From: a virus
Lineage: Duplodnaviria; Heunggongvirae; Uroviricota; Caudoviricetes
DNA: 34,158 bases
IMG/VR virus record: IMGVR_UViG_2660238346_000030
Reading direction: 5' to 3' (one strand)
Shown here: one piece after another, positions 1-10,145 of the stretch
Position numbering within the stretch: position 1 is the first letter of the stretch
Layout: each line of letters opens with the position of its first letter
Translations under genes and position numbers: made by a program
Notes under the pieces: model-generated
Databases searched by the model: none
Seen by the model: the letters and a program-made list of their open reading frames with translations, nothing else
What the model was told of the DNA's origin: nothing

Positions 1-258
1 ATGCAAACCGTTATTTTTGGTCGTCCGGGTTGCCCTTACTGTGTGCGTGCAAAAGATCTGGCCGAGAAATTGAGCAATGAGCGCGATGATTTCCAGTATC
101 AGTATGTAGATATTCGTGCGGAAGGGATCACTAAAGAAGATCTACAACAAAAGGCAGGTAAACCCGTAGAAACCGTGCCGCAGATTTTTGTCGATCAGCA
201 ACATATCGGCGGCTATACCGATTTTGCTGCATGGGTGAAAGAGAATCTGGACGCCTGA
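1..258 (+). CDS. grxA: Glutaredoxin 1
   Basis: 85-aa ORF starting at ATG position 1 with CPYC active-site motif (GRPGCPYCVRAKDLAEKL); matches E. coli GrxA as I recall it; ybjM/ybjL neighbourhood fits. Confidence 0.93.
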   Translation: MQTVIFGRPGCPYCVRAKDLAEKLSNERDDFQYQYVDIRAEGITKEDLQQKAGKPVETVPQIFVDQQHIGGYTDFAAWVKENLDA

Positions 259-287
259 TCGTCTGACAAGCCCTCGCGTTGAGGGCT

Positions 288-665
288 TTATTGATTTTTT
301 CTGTGCTGTGGTTTAAACAAACTACTGATAAATAAGAAACACAATGCCCCCAGCGCACACCAGAACACCGCACTTAATAACCATGCCAGCTCTTGCCAGA
401 ATGAGCGCGTCGGTGAAAAAAACAGCCGCATAATGAGCATCGAACAGGGTGCCGCCAGCATTGCGCCAAACAGAGGTTTCAGGACTTCTCTACGATGTGA
501 AAAGAAGCTGGCAACTGCACCAGGAAGAATGAAAAATAGCAAACCGATTTCAGGATGCCCGGCAGCCCGAAAAGCGCCTTTCATGTGCGTCGCCAGAAAA
601 AGACACACCACAATGAAGAGGACAAAACAGCAGATTGCCCCCGCCCAACGTTGTTTATGTTTCAC
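288..665 (-). CDS. ybjM: Inner membrane protein YbjM
   Basis: 125-aa hydrophobic ORF convergent with grxA, GTG start; order grxA-ybjM-ybjL matches the E. coli K-12 locus. Confidence 0.8.
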   Translation of the reverse strand: MKHKQRWAGAICCFVLFIVVCLFLATHMKGAFRAAGHPEIGLLFFILPGAVASFFSHRREVLKPLFGAMLAAPCSMLIMRLFFSPTRSFWQELAWLLSAVFWCALGALCFLFISSLFKPQHRKNQ

Positions 666-934
666 TCGTTCCTCCTGACACTGCGTCTATCGAACACATT
701 TTTCGCCAGTGTGGCGTTCAGTAAGATAAAGCCGCTTCGCATTCCATGCTAATATAGGCCAACGCAATTCATATAGCCGTTGATACCTAATGTGATTACA
801 CTAGTAAAATATATTGTTACTTTACTATCGTTTAGGTGCGCTGAATGAATCTGCGCCCTGAATTCTGGTAAAAAACATTATCGTAAATTACCATTTCTTT
901 CAACAGCTTACTAGTAAACAAGAAGTTAGCCTCC

Positions 935-2620
935 GTGAATATAAACGTCGCCGAATTGTTAAATGGGAATTACATTCTGTTATTATTTGTGGTCCTCGCG
1001 CTTGGGCTATGTCTCGGGAAATTACGACTTGGTTCGATCCAACTGGGTAATTCCATTGGCGTTTTAGTCGTATCGCTGTTATTAGGCCAACAACATTTCA
1101 GCATTAACACCGACGCGCTTAATCTTGGCTTTATGCTGTTTATTTTCTGCGTCGGGGTCGAAGCCGGACCGAACTTTTTTTCCATTTTTTTTCGCGATGG
1201 GAAAAATTACCTAATGTTAGCACTGGTGATGGTTGGCAGTGCGCTGGTGATCGCCTTAGGGTTAGGTAAGCTGTTTGGCTGGGATATTGGCCTGACGGCC
1301 GGTATGTTAGCTGGCTCTATGACGTCGACACCGGTTCTGGTCGGTGCTGGCGATACACTGCGTCATTCCGGCATGGAAAGCAGGCAACTCTCACTGGCAC
1401 TGGATAATCTGAGCCTCGGGTATGCCTTAACCTATTTAATCGGTCTGGTGAGTTTGATTGTTGGTGCGCGTTACTTGCCGAAATTGCAGCATCAGGACTT
1501 ACAGACCAGCGCCCAGCAAATCGCCCGCGAACGTGGCCTGGACACTGATGCCAACCGTAAGGTTTATTTACCGGTGATCCGCGCCTACCGCGTCGGCCCG
1601 GAGCTGGTGGCCTGGACCGACGGCAAAAATCTGCGTGAACTGGGTATTTATCGACAAACTGGCTGCTACATTGAACGTATTCGACGTAACGGGATTCTGG
1701 CGAATCCAGACGGTGATGCTGTGCTACAAATGGGCGATGAAATAGCGTTGGTAGGCTATCCCGACGCCCACGCACGACTCGATCCCAGCTTCCGTAACGG
1801 CAAAGAAGTTTTCGATCGTGACCTTCTCGACATGCGTATCGTCACTGAAGAAGTGGTCGTTAAAAACCATAACGCCGTGGGCAAACGTCTCGCACAACTG
1901 AAGTTGACCGATCACGGTTGCTTCCTTAACCGCGTCATTCGTAGCCAGATTGAGATGCCGATAGATGACAACGTCGTGCTTAACAAAGGTGACGTTTTAC
2001 AAGTCAGCGGCGATGCCCGTCGCGTAAAAACCATCGCCGATCGCATCGGCTTTATCTCGATTCACAGCCAGGTCACTGACTTGCTGGCATTCTGCGCCTT
2101 CTTTGTTATTGGGCTGATGATCGGGATGATCACCTTCCAGTTCAGCACATTCAGTTTCGGCATGGGGAACGCTGCCGGGTTGTTATTCGCCGGAATTATG
2201 CTGGGCTTTATGCGCGCTAACCACCCGACCTTCGGTTACATTCCGCAGGGTGCATTAAGCATGGTGAAAGAGTTCGGCTTAATGGTGTTTATGGCAGGCG
2301 TTGGTCTGAGCGCCGGTAGCGGTATTAATAACGGCCTGGGCGCGATTGGCGGTCAGATGTTGATTGCCGGATTGATTGTCAGTCTTGTGCCAGTGGTTAT
2401 CTGTTTCTTGTTCGGTGCTTATGTATTGCGAATGAACCGCGCACTGTTGTTCGGCGCAATGATGGGCGCACGCACCTGCGCGCCGGCAATGGAGATCATC
2501 AGTGATACAGCTCGCAGTAACATCCCGGCGCTGGGCTATGCGGGCACCTATGCAATCGCCAACGTCCTGCTGACGCTGGCAGGGACAATCATCGTCATGG
2601 TATGGCCAGGATTAGGATAA
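935..2620 (+). CDS. ybjL: Putative AAE-family transporter YbjL (two membrane domains flanking TrkA-C-like soluble domains)
   Basis: 561-aa ORF, GTG start, N- and C-terminal polytopic membrane regions with a central soluble region; length and sequence match E. coli YbjL from memory. Confidence 0.9.
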
Positions 2621-2733
2621 AACTGAAGTTGCCCTGAAAATGAAATTTTTTTTGCACAACCGCAGAACTTTTCCGCAGGGCATCAGTCTTAATTAGTGCC
2701 ACTGCTTTTCTTTGATGTCCCCATTTTGTGGAG

Positions 2734-2778
2734 CCCATCAACCCCGCCATTTCGGTTCAAGGTTGATGGGTTTTTTGT
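2734..2778 (+). terminator. Rho-independent terminator downstream of ybjL
   Basis: Stem CCCATCAACC (2734-2743) / GGTTGATGGG (2761-2770) followed by TTTTTT (2771-2776). Confidence 0.6.
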
Positions 2779-2856
2779 TGCCTGAAATTTAAGCTGTTTA
2801 AAATCATGATGTTAGAAACACTGTTTTTTAACGATGGCGACAAAATGGCGGCAGCG

Positions 2857-3075
2857 TCAAAGAGAGAGCGCCACCTGTTCTGATTTCATTGGATGCGGCT
2901 GAACCGGATTTGACTCTTTTGGCGTTGCAATCGAACGAACAAAAGTTTCATGGGTAACAAAAGTATGGCTGCAGTTAATGTTCTGGCACTGGTTGTAACG
3001 CTCTTTGGTCAATGAAGATACCTGAAAACTGCTGCGAGTATGGGCGGCACTTCCACACAGTGGGCAAATCATCAT
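2857..3075 (-). CDS. ogr: Ogr/Delta/B-family zinc-finger late-gene transcriptional activator
   Basis: C-x2-C...C-x4-C zinc-finger pattern (MICPLCGSAAHTRSS...ERYNQCQNINCSHTF) typical of P2 Ogr / 186 B; start chosen at internal ATG with GGGGAG RBS; ORF track gives a longer 2857..3108. Confidence 0.85.
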   Translation of the reverse strand: MMICPLCGSAAHTRSSFQVSSLTKERYNQCQNINCSHTFVTHETFVRSIATPKESNPVQPHPMKSEQVALSL

Positions 3076-3141
3076 TTTTCGAGTTCTCCCCATTTTTGCT
3101 AAATTCACAATAATGATACCGCATTATTCCATTTTGAAAAC

Positions 3142-4266
3142 TTAAAAGTTCTCCATTGCGAAGAATCCTTCCATTTCGAAATCATCAATCTTCACTTCAA
3201 GCTCCAAACTGGTCGTAAAACCGTTATCCGGGCTGACAGTATGCGTCAGAGTCGTAATGGTCCATTCCGCATCATCTATCGGCTGTTTAAAGCCACTGAC
3301 TTTCACTGGCATTTCCGTGTAGAGATCTGCCCGACCTTCTGCCAGTTGTAGCGAGAATGACGCAACGCCGCGTTGCAGGCGTTCCCACTGCATTTTCGCC
3401 GCCCGTTCGGCGTTGCTCCGGTTGGCATAGGTGCGATTAAGTACCAGCACGTTTTCATCTGTACCCACCAGGTAATCGCCCTGCTTCGCTTCCGGCTCTT
3501 TCTTCTGCTTCTTAGTCCTGCGCTTACGCTTCACCGTGGTGCTTTCTTTCTTCGCGGGTTCGCGGGTATGCAACCAGCTGGCAATTACGCCCGTGTAGGC
3601 TCCGCGATCTGCCAGGGTAAAGCGGTGACTGTCGCCGTCCTTACGTGTGATTGAGATCACCGGCAGTGGTTTACCGCTGGCGCTTTTGCCCTGTCCCTGC
3701 CGGATGAATAACAGATTGCCATTTTTCACCGACGCGATGGCACCGTACTGGCGCGCCAGCCGCATCAGAAAACTGCCGTCACTCTCATTAGTCTGGTCTA
3801 TATGCTCCACGGGCTTATCCGACAGGTCTTTACCCAGTGCCATCTTCAGCTTATGACGCGCGGCTATTTCCTTCACCACTTCCCCGACAGTGGTCTTGTG
3901 CCACGATTTTTCACGGCGGGTATTCAGCGTTTCCCTAAAATCAGCACTTCGCGCCCGGATAGTCAGGCGATCCGGTGCGCCGGTGTGTTCAATCTCGTCC
4001 ACCGTGAATGCCCCTTTCGGGAAAAGCGGCTGCCCCTTCCAGCCCAGCGCCAGCGTGATGACCGCCCCACGGCGCGGCAGCACGATTTTTCCGTCGGCGT
4101 CGTCCAGCTCCAGATCAAGCTGGTCTGCTTCAAAGCCCCGATTGTCCGTCAACGTCAGACTCATCAGGCGGTTATCCAGCACAGTGGTGATATCCTTCCC
4201 CTCAATACTGATGCTGAATGCGGGAGTTTTGTTGCCTTTGTTAAGCAGTTCAGAGCTGAAATTCAC
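3142..4266 (-). CDS. D: Tail protein gpD (late control D) homolog
   Basis: 374 aa, position immediately upstream of ogr and downstream of U as in P2; GTG start. Confidence 0.85.
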   Translation of the reverse strand: MNFSSELLNKGNKTPAFSISIEGKDITTVLDNRLMSLTLTDNRGFEADQLDLELDDADGKIVLPRRGAVITLALGWKGQPLFPKGAFTVDEIEHTGAPDRLTIRARSADFRETLNTRREKSWHKTTVGEVVKEIAARHKLKMALGKDLSDKPVEHIDQTNESDGSFLMRLARQYGAIASVKNGNLLFIRQGQGKSASGKPLPVISITRKDGDSHRFTLADRGAYTGVIASWLHTREPAKKESTTVKRKRRTKKQKKEPEAKQGDYLVGTDENVLVLNRTYANRSNAERAAKMQWERLQRGVASFSLQLAEGRADLYTEMPVKVSGFKQPIDDAEWTITTLTHTVSPDNGFTTSLELEVKIDDFEMEGFFAMENF

Positions 4267-4748
4267 GACAGCAGCCCTCCCACCGTTTTACTGATATCGC
4301 TTAAGGCAGACGTTGCCGTATCCTGCAGATTATTCAGCTGCGCACTGAGATCACCGAACATATCGGACAGGGATTCATCCACCCGTTTGAGCGACAGGGT
4401 AAACTCAATCCGGCGCGGCATACCATCGCGGAAAAACTCCGTTTTAGTCTGATTCAGTCCCTCAATCACATACATGCCATAAATCGTGCCGCTGCCTTCA
4501 ATCAGGGGCCATGCTTTCCCCTGTTCTGCCATCTGCTCCAGTGCCAGCAACGACATCCTGCCACCTGTTATCTCCGGCATAAGAACACCGGAAAGCGTCA
4601 GCATGTCGTTGTCCGGTCCCAGAAACTGCGTGGACGGACGTCGGTTTACCCGGCTGTTTGCCGCATGTCGCCAGCTGCGTTGATACTGCAGCTCCTGATA
4701 CGGCACGGTGCGCAGCATAAACACGTACAATCCCAGCACCATCATCAT
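4263..4748 (-). CDS. U: Tail protein gpU homolog
   Basis: 161 aa, overlaps D start and T stop by 4 nt; synteny T-U-D. Confidence 0.85.
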   Translation of the reverse strand: MMMVLGLYVFMLRTVPYQELQYQRSWRHAANSRVNRRPSTQFLGPDNDMLTLSGVLMPEITGGRMSLLALEQMAEQGKAWPLIEGSGTIYGMYVIEGLNQTKTEFFRDGMPRRIEFTLSLKRVDESLSDMFGDLSAQLNNLQDTATSALSDISKTVGGLLS

Positions 4749-7700
4749 GCGTCGTATCCCCCCTGATCGCTGTAGTTACTCCTGGCTTTTGCCTTCAGCC
4801 TGCGTTCACGTTCATCAAGCTGGCGGGCCACCTCCCGCGCAATATCCTGCGCACTTTGTCCTGGCTGCGTCTGAATGATGATCTGCGTCGGTGCCTCAAT
4901 CCGTTGAATGGGCGGCACAGTGGCTGCACGACTCACCATCGCTTCGCCGCCTTTCGCGGGAAGTGCCAAAGGGTGCAACGGTGGAAGCTCTGTAGGCGCG
5001 GCAGCAACGCCCATCATTCCGGCAACAACCGCAGCCAGTGCAGCGGTATTTCTCCGGCTGGTCACGTTTGCCGGGCCGTTGACAATTTCCGGCCCGTTTT
5101 CACCGACGATGCCAAACTGCCCGCGCGGGATATAGCCGCCGCTGTCATACATCCCCGCAAAGCTATATCCCCATGACGGAAAACCACCCGATGGCATCAT
5201 CACTTTACCGTCTGCATTCACCGTCGCAGGTTGCTGACGCGTCACACTTTCCGGCAGTTTCGCCTTTGCAGCCTCTTTACTGACAATGCCGAGTTTATCC
5301 AGCAACCAGGAAACGCCGGATTTCAGGGAGTCCAGCGGATGCATGACCATATTCAGCCCTTCCGCCAGTGCCTCCCCGAATCGTCGCCCCATTGCCGCTG
5401 CGCTCTGCAGTTCGGCAGAGGTCGACTTAACAGGCGTCAGCAGATCAGTAAACCAGCCCCACAGCGCCTGCACTTTGTCGCCAATCCACTGGAACACGGG
5501 CTTAAGTGGTTCAAACGCTGCACTGATGGGACCTGCCGCCGCTTTGAATCCTTCCACCACGCCACCGAGAAATGCGGTGATGGGTTGCCAGTATTTCCAG
5601 ACAACCAGCGCCACACCCGCCAGTGCAGTAACCACAAGACCTATCGGACTAAGCAGAGCACCTAACAGACCAGATATGGCATACAGGGCAACGCGCAGCA
5701 TCGCCAGCGGACCAGATGCAAGCACTCGCAGCACCGCGCCTGCGGCTGCCAGTCCACCGCGCAGTACCGCCAGAGGATTCATAAACATCACAGCAACAGC
5801 ACGTAAACCGGATAATCCAGACCGCAAAAGTGCAACTGGCGCACCTGCTACAGTTTTCAAGACATTTCCCGTCAGTGATGCCGTGCGGCGCAAAGATGAC
5901 AACGGTGCAGTAAGTAAACCCGCAGCGTTGCCCGATGAAGCAAGCCCGCGTCGCAGCAGTATCAGTGGTGCGCCAGCCAGCCAGGACAACGCGCTGCTGG
6001 TTCGAGTTACTGCTGCCGTAACGGAAGGTAACGTTTTGATACCCAGCACAGAGAATCCCAGACGGATCACTGCCAGCGGCCCCAGCACTGCAGCCAGCGC
6101 CACCGCTAAGGTGCCGAGGCCGACAGTAACCGCAGCCACAACCGCGGCTACTTTCATCAGTGTACCCGTCAGTTCAGGGTTAGCTTCCACCCAGCGACGC
6201 AACGCCCCCGTGATGCTTTTCACCGTGTACAGAATATCTATCAGCGGCTGGCGCAGCGTTTCGCCCAGGCTGCTGAAGGTATTCTGCGCTCCGGTTTTAA
6301 CCAGCAACCACTGAGCAGAAAGTGAGTCCTTGTTGATGTCGGATTCTTTCTGCATGGAACCGAGCGCATCATTGCCCGCTGTCAGTTTTAGCTGGCGCTG
6401 TAGTTCCGGCAGGTTGTTTGCCAGTTTCGCCGCGTCATCGCCAAACTCTTTACCAAACAACATGGTCATGGCAGACAGACGCTTGTCCTGCGGCAGTGCG
6501 TTCACCTTCTCCAGCACACGCTGGATAGTTCCCATCGCATCCTTCGTCATCTGCTTTTCAATCACTTCAGGATTGAGTTTCAGCAGATTCATCCCTTCAA
6601 AGAAACTCTTGCTTTGCATGGTGGCAATGGACAATTCACGCACCATCGCGTTGGCAGCACTGGCAGCGACCTCCGGCGCAGCCCCCAGTGTCAGGAAGGT
6701 GGAACCCAGCGCCGCCGCTTTACGATAATCCAGACGATCAGCCACACCGCCCAGGCGTTGCATGACATCAATGATGTCTGCCCCTTTCGACATAGCGTTA
6801 TCATCCAGATAGTTCAGCGCATCACCGAGCTGTTCAATATTGCGGGTTGGTATTTTGTAGAGCTGGGCGATTTTCCCCAGACTTTCTGACAGTTCATCCG
6901 CTGGCAGCTCAAAGGCTGTTGCCGCCTTTGCTGCCGTACTGGCGAAGGCCAGCAGGTCACGTTTCTGGTCCTCCCAGCTGTCGTCAGGGTTTGCCACATT
7001 CATGCGCGCACCACCTTCAACCAGTGCGGCGAAGTCCACAGCACCGTTTTCCATTGGCAGCTGTTCACTGGCAGCTTTGATGGCATCCTGCATTTCGTAA
7101 AAACGCACAGTGCGGTTGCCATTATCGTCACGCAGACCATTGACCTGCTTTGCCACACCTTTCATGGCATCTTCCATGCTGGTATAGCTTTTTACCGCCG
7201 CCATCACTGGCGCGCCCATTGCCAGCCCTGCAGCCGTGGTGGTGGCTCCGGCTCCTGCGATGCGATCGCGCACTTCAAGCCGTCTTGAGTATTGTTCTCT
7301 GGCAGCGTTCATCCGTGCCTGTTGTTCACCCAGACGTTTAAGTGCTTTTTGCTGGCCCTCCAGTGCCTGACGAGTTTCTTCGGCATTTTTCTTAAGTTCT
7401 CGCTGGGCACTACTGAGTTGTCTGGTATCAATCCCTGATTCTTTAAGTGCCTGACGTTGTCTCTGGACCGCCCCCAACAAGCCGTTATAGGTCTGCTGAA
7501 GTTCCTGTACTCGTGTTTTGGCCTGACTGAATAACTTTGCCTGCGCGGCGGTTGGCCTGTTAGTGGCAGCAAATTGTGTGGCGAGTTTTGCCGCCTCTTC
7601 GCGGGCTGCGTTCAGGTTGTTGGCTGTTATGGCTAGTTGCGAGCGCGTCTTGCGAAATTCATCAATTCTGCCAGCCTGCTTATTTAGTTCTTTGAGGCTG

Positions 7701-7822
7701 TTTCGGGTATTCTGAATTGCGCCAGCCAGCTCTTTCGAACTGGCCTGTGCAGCACGGAATGGGCGGGTGAGTTTGTCAACCGCATTAAGAATGACCTGCA
7801 GGCGCAGGTTATTATCACTCAT
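4745..7822 (-). CDS. T: Tail tape measure protein gpT
   Basis: 1025 aa, coiled-coil N-terminal part, Ala/Gly/Leu-rich membrane-like repeats in the middle, located directly after the E/E' frameshift genes. Confidence 0.9.
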   Translation of the reverse strand: MSDNNLRLQVILNAVDKLTRPFRAAQASSKELAGAIQNTRNSLKELNKQAGRIDEFRKTRSQLAITANNLNAAREEAAKLATQFAATNRPTAAQAKLFSQAKTRVQELQQTYNGLLGAVQRQRQALKESGIDTRQLSSAQRELKKNAEETRQALEGQQKALKRLGEQQARMNAAREQYSRRLEVRDRIAGAGATTTAAGLAMGAPVMAAVKSYTSMEDAMKGVAKQVNGLRDDNGNRTVRFYEMQDAIKAASEQLPMENGAVDFAALVEGGARMNVANPDDSWEDQKRDLLAFASTAAKAATAFELPADELSESLGKIAQLYKIPTRNIEQLGDALNYLDDNAMSKGADIIDVMQRLGGVADRLDYRKAAALGSTFLTLGAAPEVAASAANAMVRELSIATMQSKSFFEGMNLLKLNPEVIEKQMTKDAMGTIQRVLEKVNALPQDKRLSAMTMLFGKEFGDDAAKLANNLPELQRQLKLTAGNDALGSMQKESDINKDSLSAQWLLVKTGAQNTFSSLGETLRQPLIDILYTVKSITGALRRWVEANPELTGTLMKVAAVVAAVTVGLGTLAVALAAVLGPLAVIRLGFSVLGIKTLPSVTAAVTRTSSALSWLAGAPLILLRRGLASSGNAAGLLTAPLSSLRRTASLTGNVLKTVAGAPVALLRSGLSGLRAVAVMFMNPLAVLRGGLAAAGAVLRVLASGPLAMLRVALYAISGLLGALLSPIGLVVTALAGVALVVWKYWQPITAFLGGVVEGFKAAAGPISAAFEPLKPVFQWIGDKVQALWGWFTDLLTPVKSTSAELQSAAAMGRRFGEALAEGLNMVMHPLDSLKSGVSWLLDKLGIVSKEAAKAKLPESVTRQQPATVNADGKVMMPSGGFPSWGYSFAGMYDSGGYIPRGQFGIVGENGPEIVNGPANVTSRRNTAALAAVVAGMMGVAAAPTELPPLHPLALPAKGGEAMVSRAATVPPIQRIEAPTQIIIQTQPGQSAQDIAREVARQLDERERRLKAKARSNYSDQGGYDA

Positions 7823-8251
7823 CGTTGGCCCCGCTTCTCTGAATCACTTTATACCGCCATTCCAGCACTTCGGTCAGCGGCATAACGTCAGTAACGGATG
7901 GCGGCCAGTGAAAGATGGTGGCGATATCAGCCACCAGATCGTCAACCGTCAGGCTGTCGGTAAACCGGCAAGCACCGACTTCTTCAACAAAAAAGTGACA
8001 ACCTCAACCGACATGGCAGTGAGATCTGCCGGGTCCATCTCTGCAATTTCCTGTGCAGTCAGTGCCGGACTGGAGATGCGGGGGATCACGGTCATCATCG
8101 CGTTCACATCCATATCCATAATGGCCTGCAGGCGTGTACCGCGCAGCGCACCGGACTGCGGTTTACGCAGCACAATTTCGGTGATTTCTGTTTTACCGCG
8201 CTTGATGGGGGTATCCAGTTGAATAGTCTTTTCAGTCTGCTTATCGCTCAT
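7815..8251 (-). CDS. E+E': Tail assembly chaperone gpE+E' produced by programmed -1 ribosomal frameshift
   Basis: Zero frame from ATG 8251 through the slippery heptamer T TTT TTG (minus strand, 7988-7994); the -1 frame continues FFVEEVGACRFTDSLTVDDLVADIATIFHWPPSVTDVMPLTEVLEWRYKVIQRSGANDE and stops at 7815-7817, overlapping the T start codon. Confidence 0.7.
7949..8251 (-). CDS. E: Tail assembly chaperone gpE (zero-frame product)
   Basis: 100-aa ORF directly upstream of the tape measure gene. Confidence 0.8.
   Translation of the reverse strand: MSDKQTEKTIQLDTPIKRGKTEITEIVLRKPQSGALRGTRLQAIMDMDVNAMMTVIPRISSPALTAQEIAEMDPADLTAMSVEVVTFLLKKSVLAGLPTA
7988..7994 (-). other. Slippery heptamer T TTT TTG for the E/E' -1 frameshift
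   Basis: Plus strand reads CAAAAAA at 7988-7994; canonical X XXY YYZ slip site in frame with gpE. Confidence 0.65.
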
Positions 8252-8305
8252 TTTGCTGTCCTGTAAATTGGGTTCTGGCGCGGTATCCCGCGCCGTTCAG
8301 ATACA

Positions 8306-8821
8306 TCAGAGGCCGAGGGCGTTGCGGTGCGCTTCCATCAGGTCCACACCGTCCACAATTTCCACCATGTTGATAAGGTCCACTTCATAGAGCACCTCAC
8401 CATTTATAGTCAGCTTCGCGTAGCTGTTGGTACTGGTCACTTTGGTGGTGTTGCTTTCGCCCGTCTTCCACTCGCCGGAATCCACTTCTTTGTGACGTCC
8501 ACGCACCACAAGCTCCACGGCCTGCACTTCCCCGGTATCGTCACGCTGGATAGAGCCGGTAAAGCGCAACTGGATACCATCTACCGTGGCTTTGCCCATC
8601 TGCTTAAACAGCAGCAGTTCAGTACCACCAATGGAAAATTCCGTATCCAGTGCGCCGTCATCCAGCCCCAGATCCACATCCACTGCACCCGGCATTCCGC
8701 CGCCGCGATACTTCTCATATTTGCGGGTAAATTTCGGCAGCGTCAGCGACTCAACGATCCCCTGCCAGTTGTTCCCGTCATTAAACAGGTTCAGGTGTTT
8801 TAATTTGCGTGGTAAAGCCAT
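8306..8821 (-). CDS. FII: Tail tube protein gpFII
   Basis: 171 aa, position between sheath gene and E; P2 FII-like. Confidence 0.85.
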   Translation of the reverse strand: MALPRKLKHLNLFNDGNNWQGIVESLTLPKFTRKYEKYRGGGMPGAVDVDLGLDDGALDTEFSIGGTELLLFKQMGKATVDGIQLRFTGSIQRDDTGEVQAVELVVRGRHKEVDSGEWKTGESNTTKVTSTNSYAKLTINGEVLYEVDLINMVEIVDGVDLMEAHRNALGL

Positions 8822-8830
8822 GTTGTCCCC

Positions 8831-10003
8831 TTACGCGCTGACCTGGCTGGAGAAATTCACCAGGTACTGATCGGTGATGCGCTGACGCAGCATCAGGTTT
8901 TCAAGTGGCGGCACTGGCGTGTAGTCGTAGTCGATGGTGAGTTTTCCGGCTTTCAGCGTGTCTTTGTCGTTCACCGACTCATCCAGCCAGCAATCACCAC
9001 CAATGAGATAGCCCTGACTGACCAGGCTGCGCATTTTGGCGCGGATACCCTCGATAATGTCGCGGGCCAGCGACGGATTCAGCGGTTTATCCACCGCCCA
9101 CATGTGCGCTTCTGCCATCGTGTCCGTCAGCACCTGCGCCGTGCGGGTGTAGTTTTCGAAGGCAAAGAGCGGGTCATCACTCAGGCAGCGGGAACCCCAG
9201 AAGCGAAAACCGTCTTTGCGGATAAGGGTGGTGACGTCGTTCTGGTTCAGCAGTCCCGCATCGGTTGCCGGGTCCTGCAGATCCCAGAACACATCAGCAG
9301 AAATTCCGGTGACACCGTTAACGCCCACGTTGGACAGGCTTTTGTGCCATCCGGTCTGCTCGTCAATTTTGGCGCGCAGACCAAGCGCACGGGCGGTGGC
9401 ATAAGCCGTTGCTTCGGCATTCAGCACCGTGTCCCAGCCAGTAAAGTCGGGCCAGATCAGCATTCCTTCACGCTGACTGAAGTTTTCACGGTAAGTGATT
9501 GCTTCCTGCACTGTCTTGCAACCATACGCTGACAGGTAAGCAAATCCACGCAGGCTTTGCGCCACGCTCAGCAACTCAGTAGCTACCGCCTTCGTGTCGT
9601 GACCTGGCACGCCGAGAATGCGCGGTTTAACGCCGAGCTGTGACTGGGCAGATAACAGGGCTTTCATGCCTGTTTTTTTACCTTCAGCGGTCACTGCTCC
9701 GATGATATTGGTCGTGGTTTCTTCTTCCGTTTCACCCTGCGGCACACGCACAACAACGGTCACGGGTTTTGCCTGGTCAGCGATGGCATCCAGCGAACGA
9801 GCCAGCGTGCCTGACTCACCCGCTTTACCGCTGGCAGTCAGCACATCAGTGATCAGCACGGGTTTATTAAGAGGAAACATTTTTGCATCGGCATCATCGC
9901 CCGTGCAGACCATACCCACGATGGCGGTGCTCACCGTGGTAATGGATCGGGTGCCTTCGTTGACTTCAACAACGCGCACCCCGTGGTGGTAATCCTGAGC
10001 CAT
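8831..10003 (-). CDS. FI: Contractile tail sheath protein gpFI
   Basis: 390 aa, first gene of the FI-FII-E-T-U-D operon. Confidence 0.88.
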   Translation of the reverse strand: MAQDYHHGVRVVEVNEGTRSITTVSTAIVGMVCTGDDADAKMFPLNKPVLITDVLTASGKAGESGTLARSLDAIADQAKPVTVVVRVPQGETEEETTTNIIGAVTAEGKKTGMKALLSAQSQLGVKPRILGVPGHDTKAVATELLSVAQSLRGFAYLSAYGCKTVQEAITYRENFSQREGMLIWPDFTGWDTVLNAEATAYATARALGLRAKIDEQTGWHKSLSNVGVNGVTGISADVFWDLQDPATDAGLLNQNDVTTLIRKDGFRFWGSRCLSDDPLFAFENYTRTAQVLTDTMAEAHMWAVDKPLNPSLARDIIEGIRAKMRSLVSQGYLIGGDCWLDESVNDKDTLKAGKLTIDYDYTPVPPLENLMLRQRITDQYLVNFSSQVSA

Positions 10004-10079
10004 AGTGGCGAACCTCCTGATTGGATTAGGCTTCGCCCTATGTTGAAGTGATTGTGCCTGACAAACAGCTAAGCGCAGT

Positions 10080-10097
10080 TGTACCGTTATTCACACA
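10080..10097 (-). promoter_or_regulatory. Putative late-promoter activator site (TGT-N12-ACA) upstream of FI
   Basis: TGTACCGTTATTCACACA, 77-94 bp upstream of the FI start; same TGT-N12-ACA dyad recurs upstream of V and in the P/O divergent region. Confidence 0.5.
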
Positions 10098-10145
10098 AAA
10101 TGACGGTATTTGTCTGCTTTCAGGGATAATCAAAATAAAGCTGAT

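Noticed and set aside
1317-1775. 152-aa minus-strand ORF
   Set aside because: Antisense to ybjL; Arg/Pro-rich; host gene on the other strand is well supported.
3802-4452. 216-aa plus-strand ORF spanning the D/U junction (and 3890..4294)
   Set aside because: Antisense to two syntenic tail genes; no start context.
5286-6314. 342-aa plus-strand ORF (and neighbouring 100-150-aa ORFs) inside the tape measure gene
   Set aside because: Antisense to a well-supported 1025-aa gene; Ala/Ser/Pro/Arg-rich low-complexity translation typical of a chance open frame in GC-rich antisense sequence.
8327-8803. 158-aa plus-strand ORF
   Set aside because: Antisense to tail tube gene FII, covering almost exactly the same interval.
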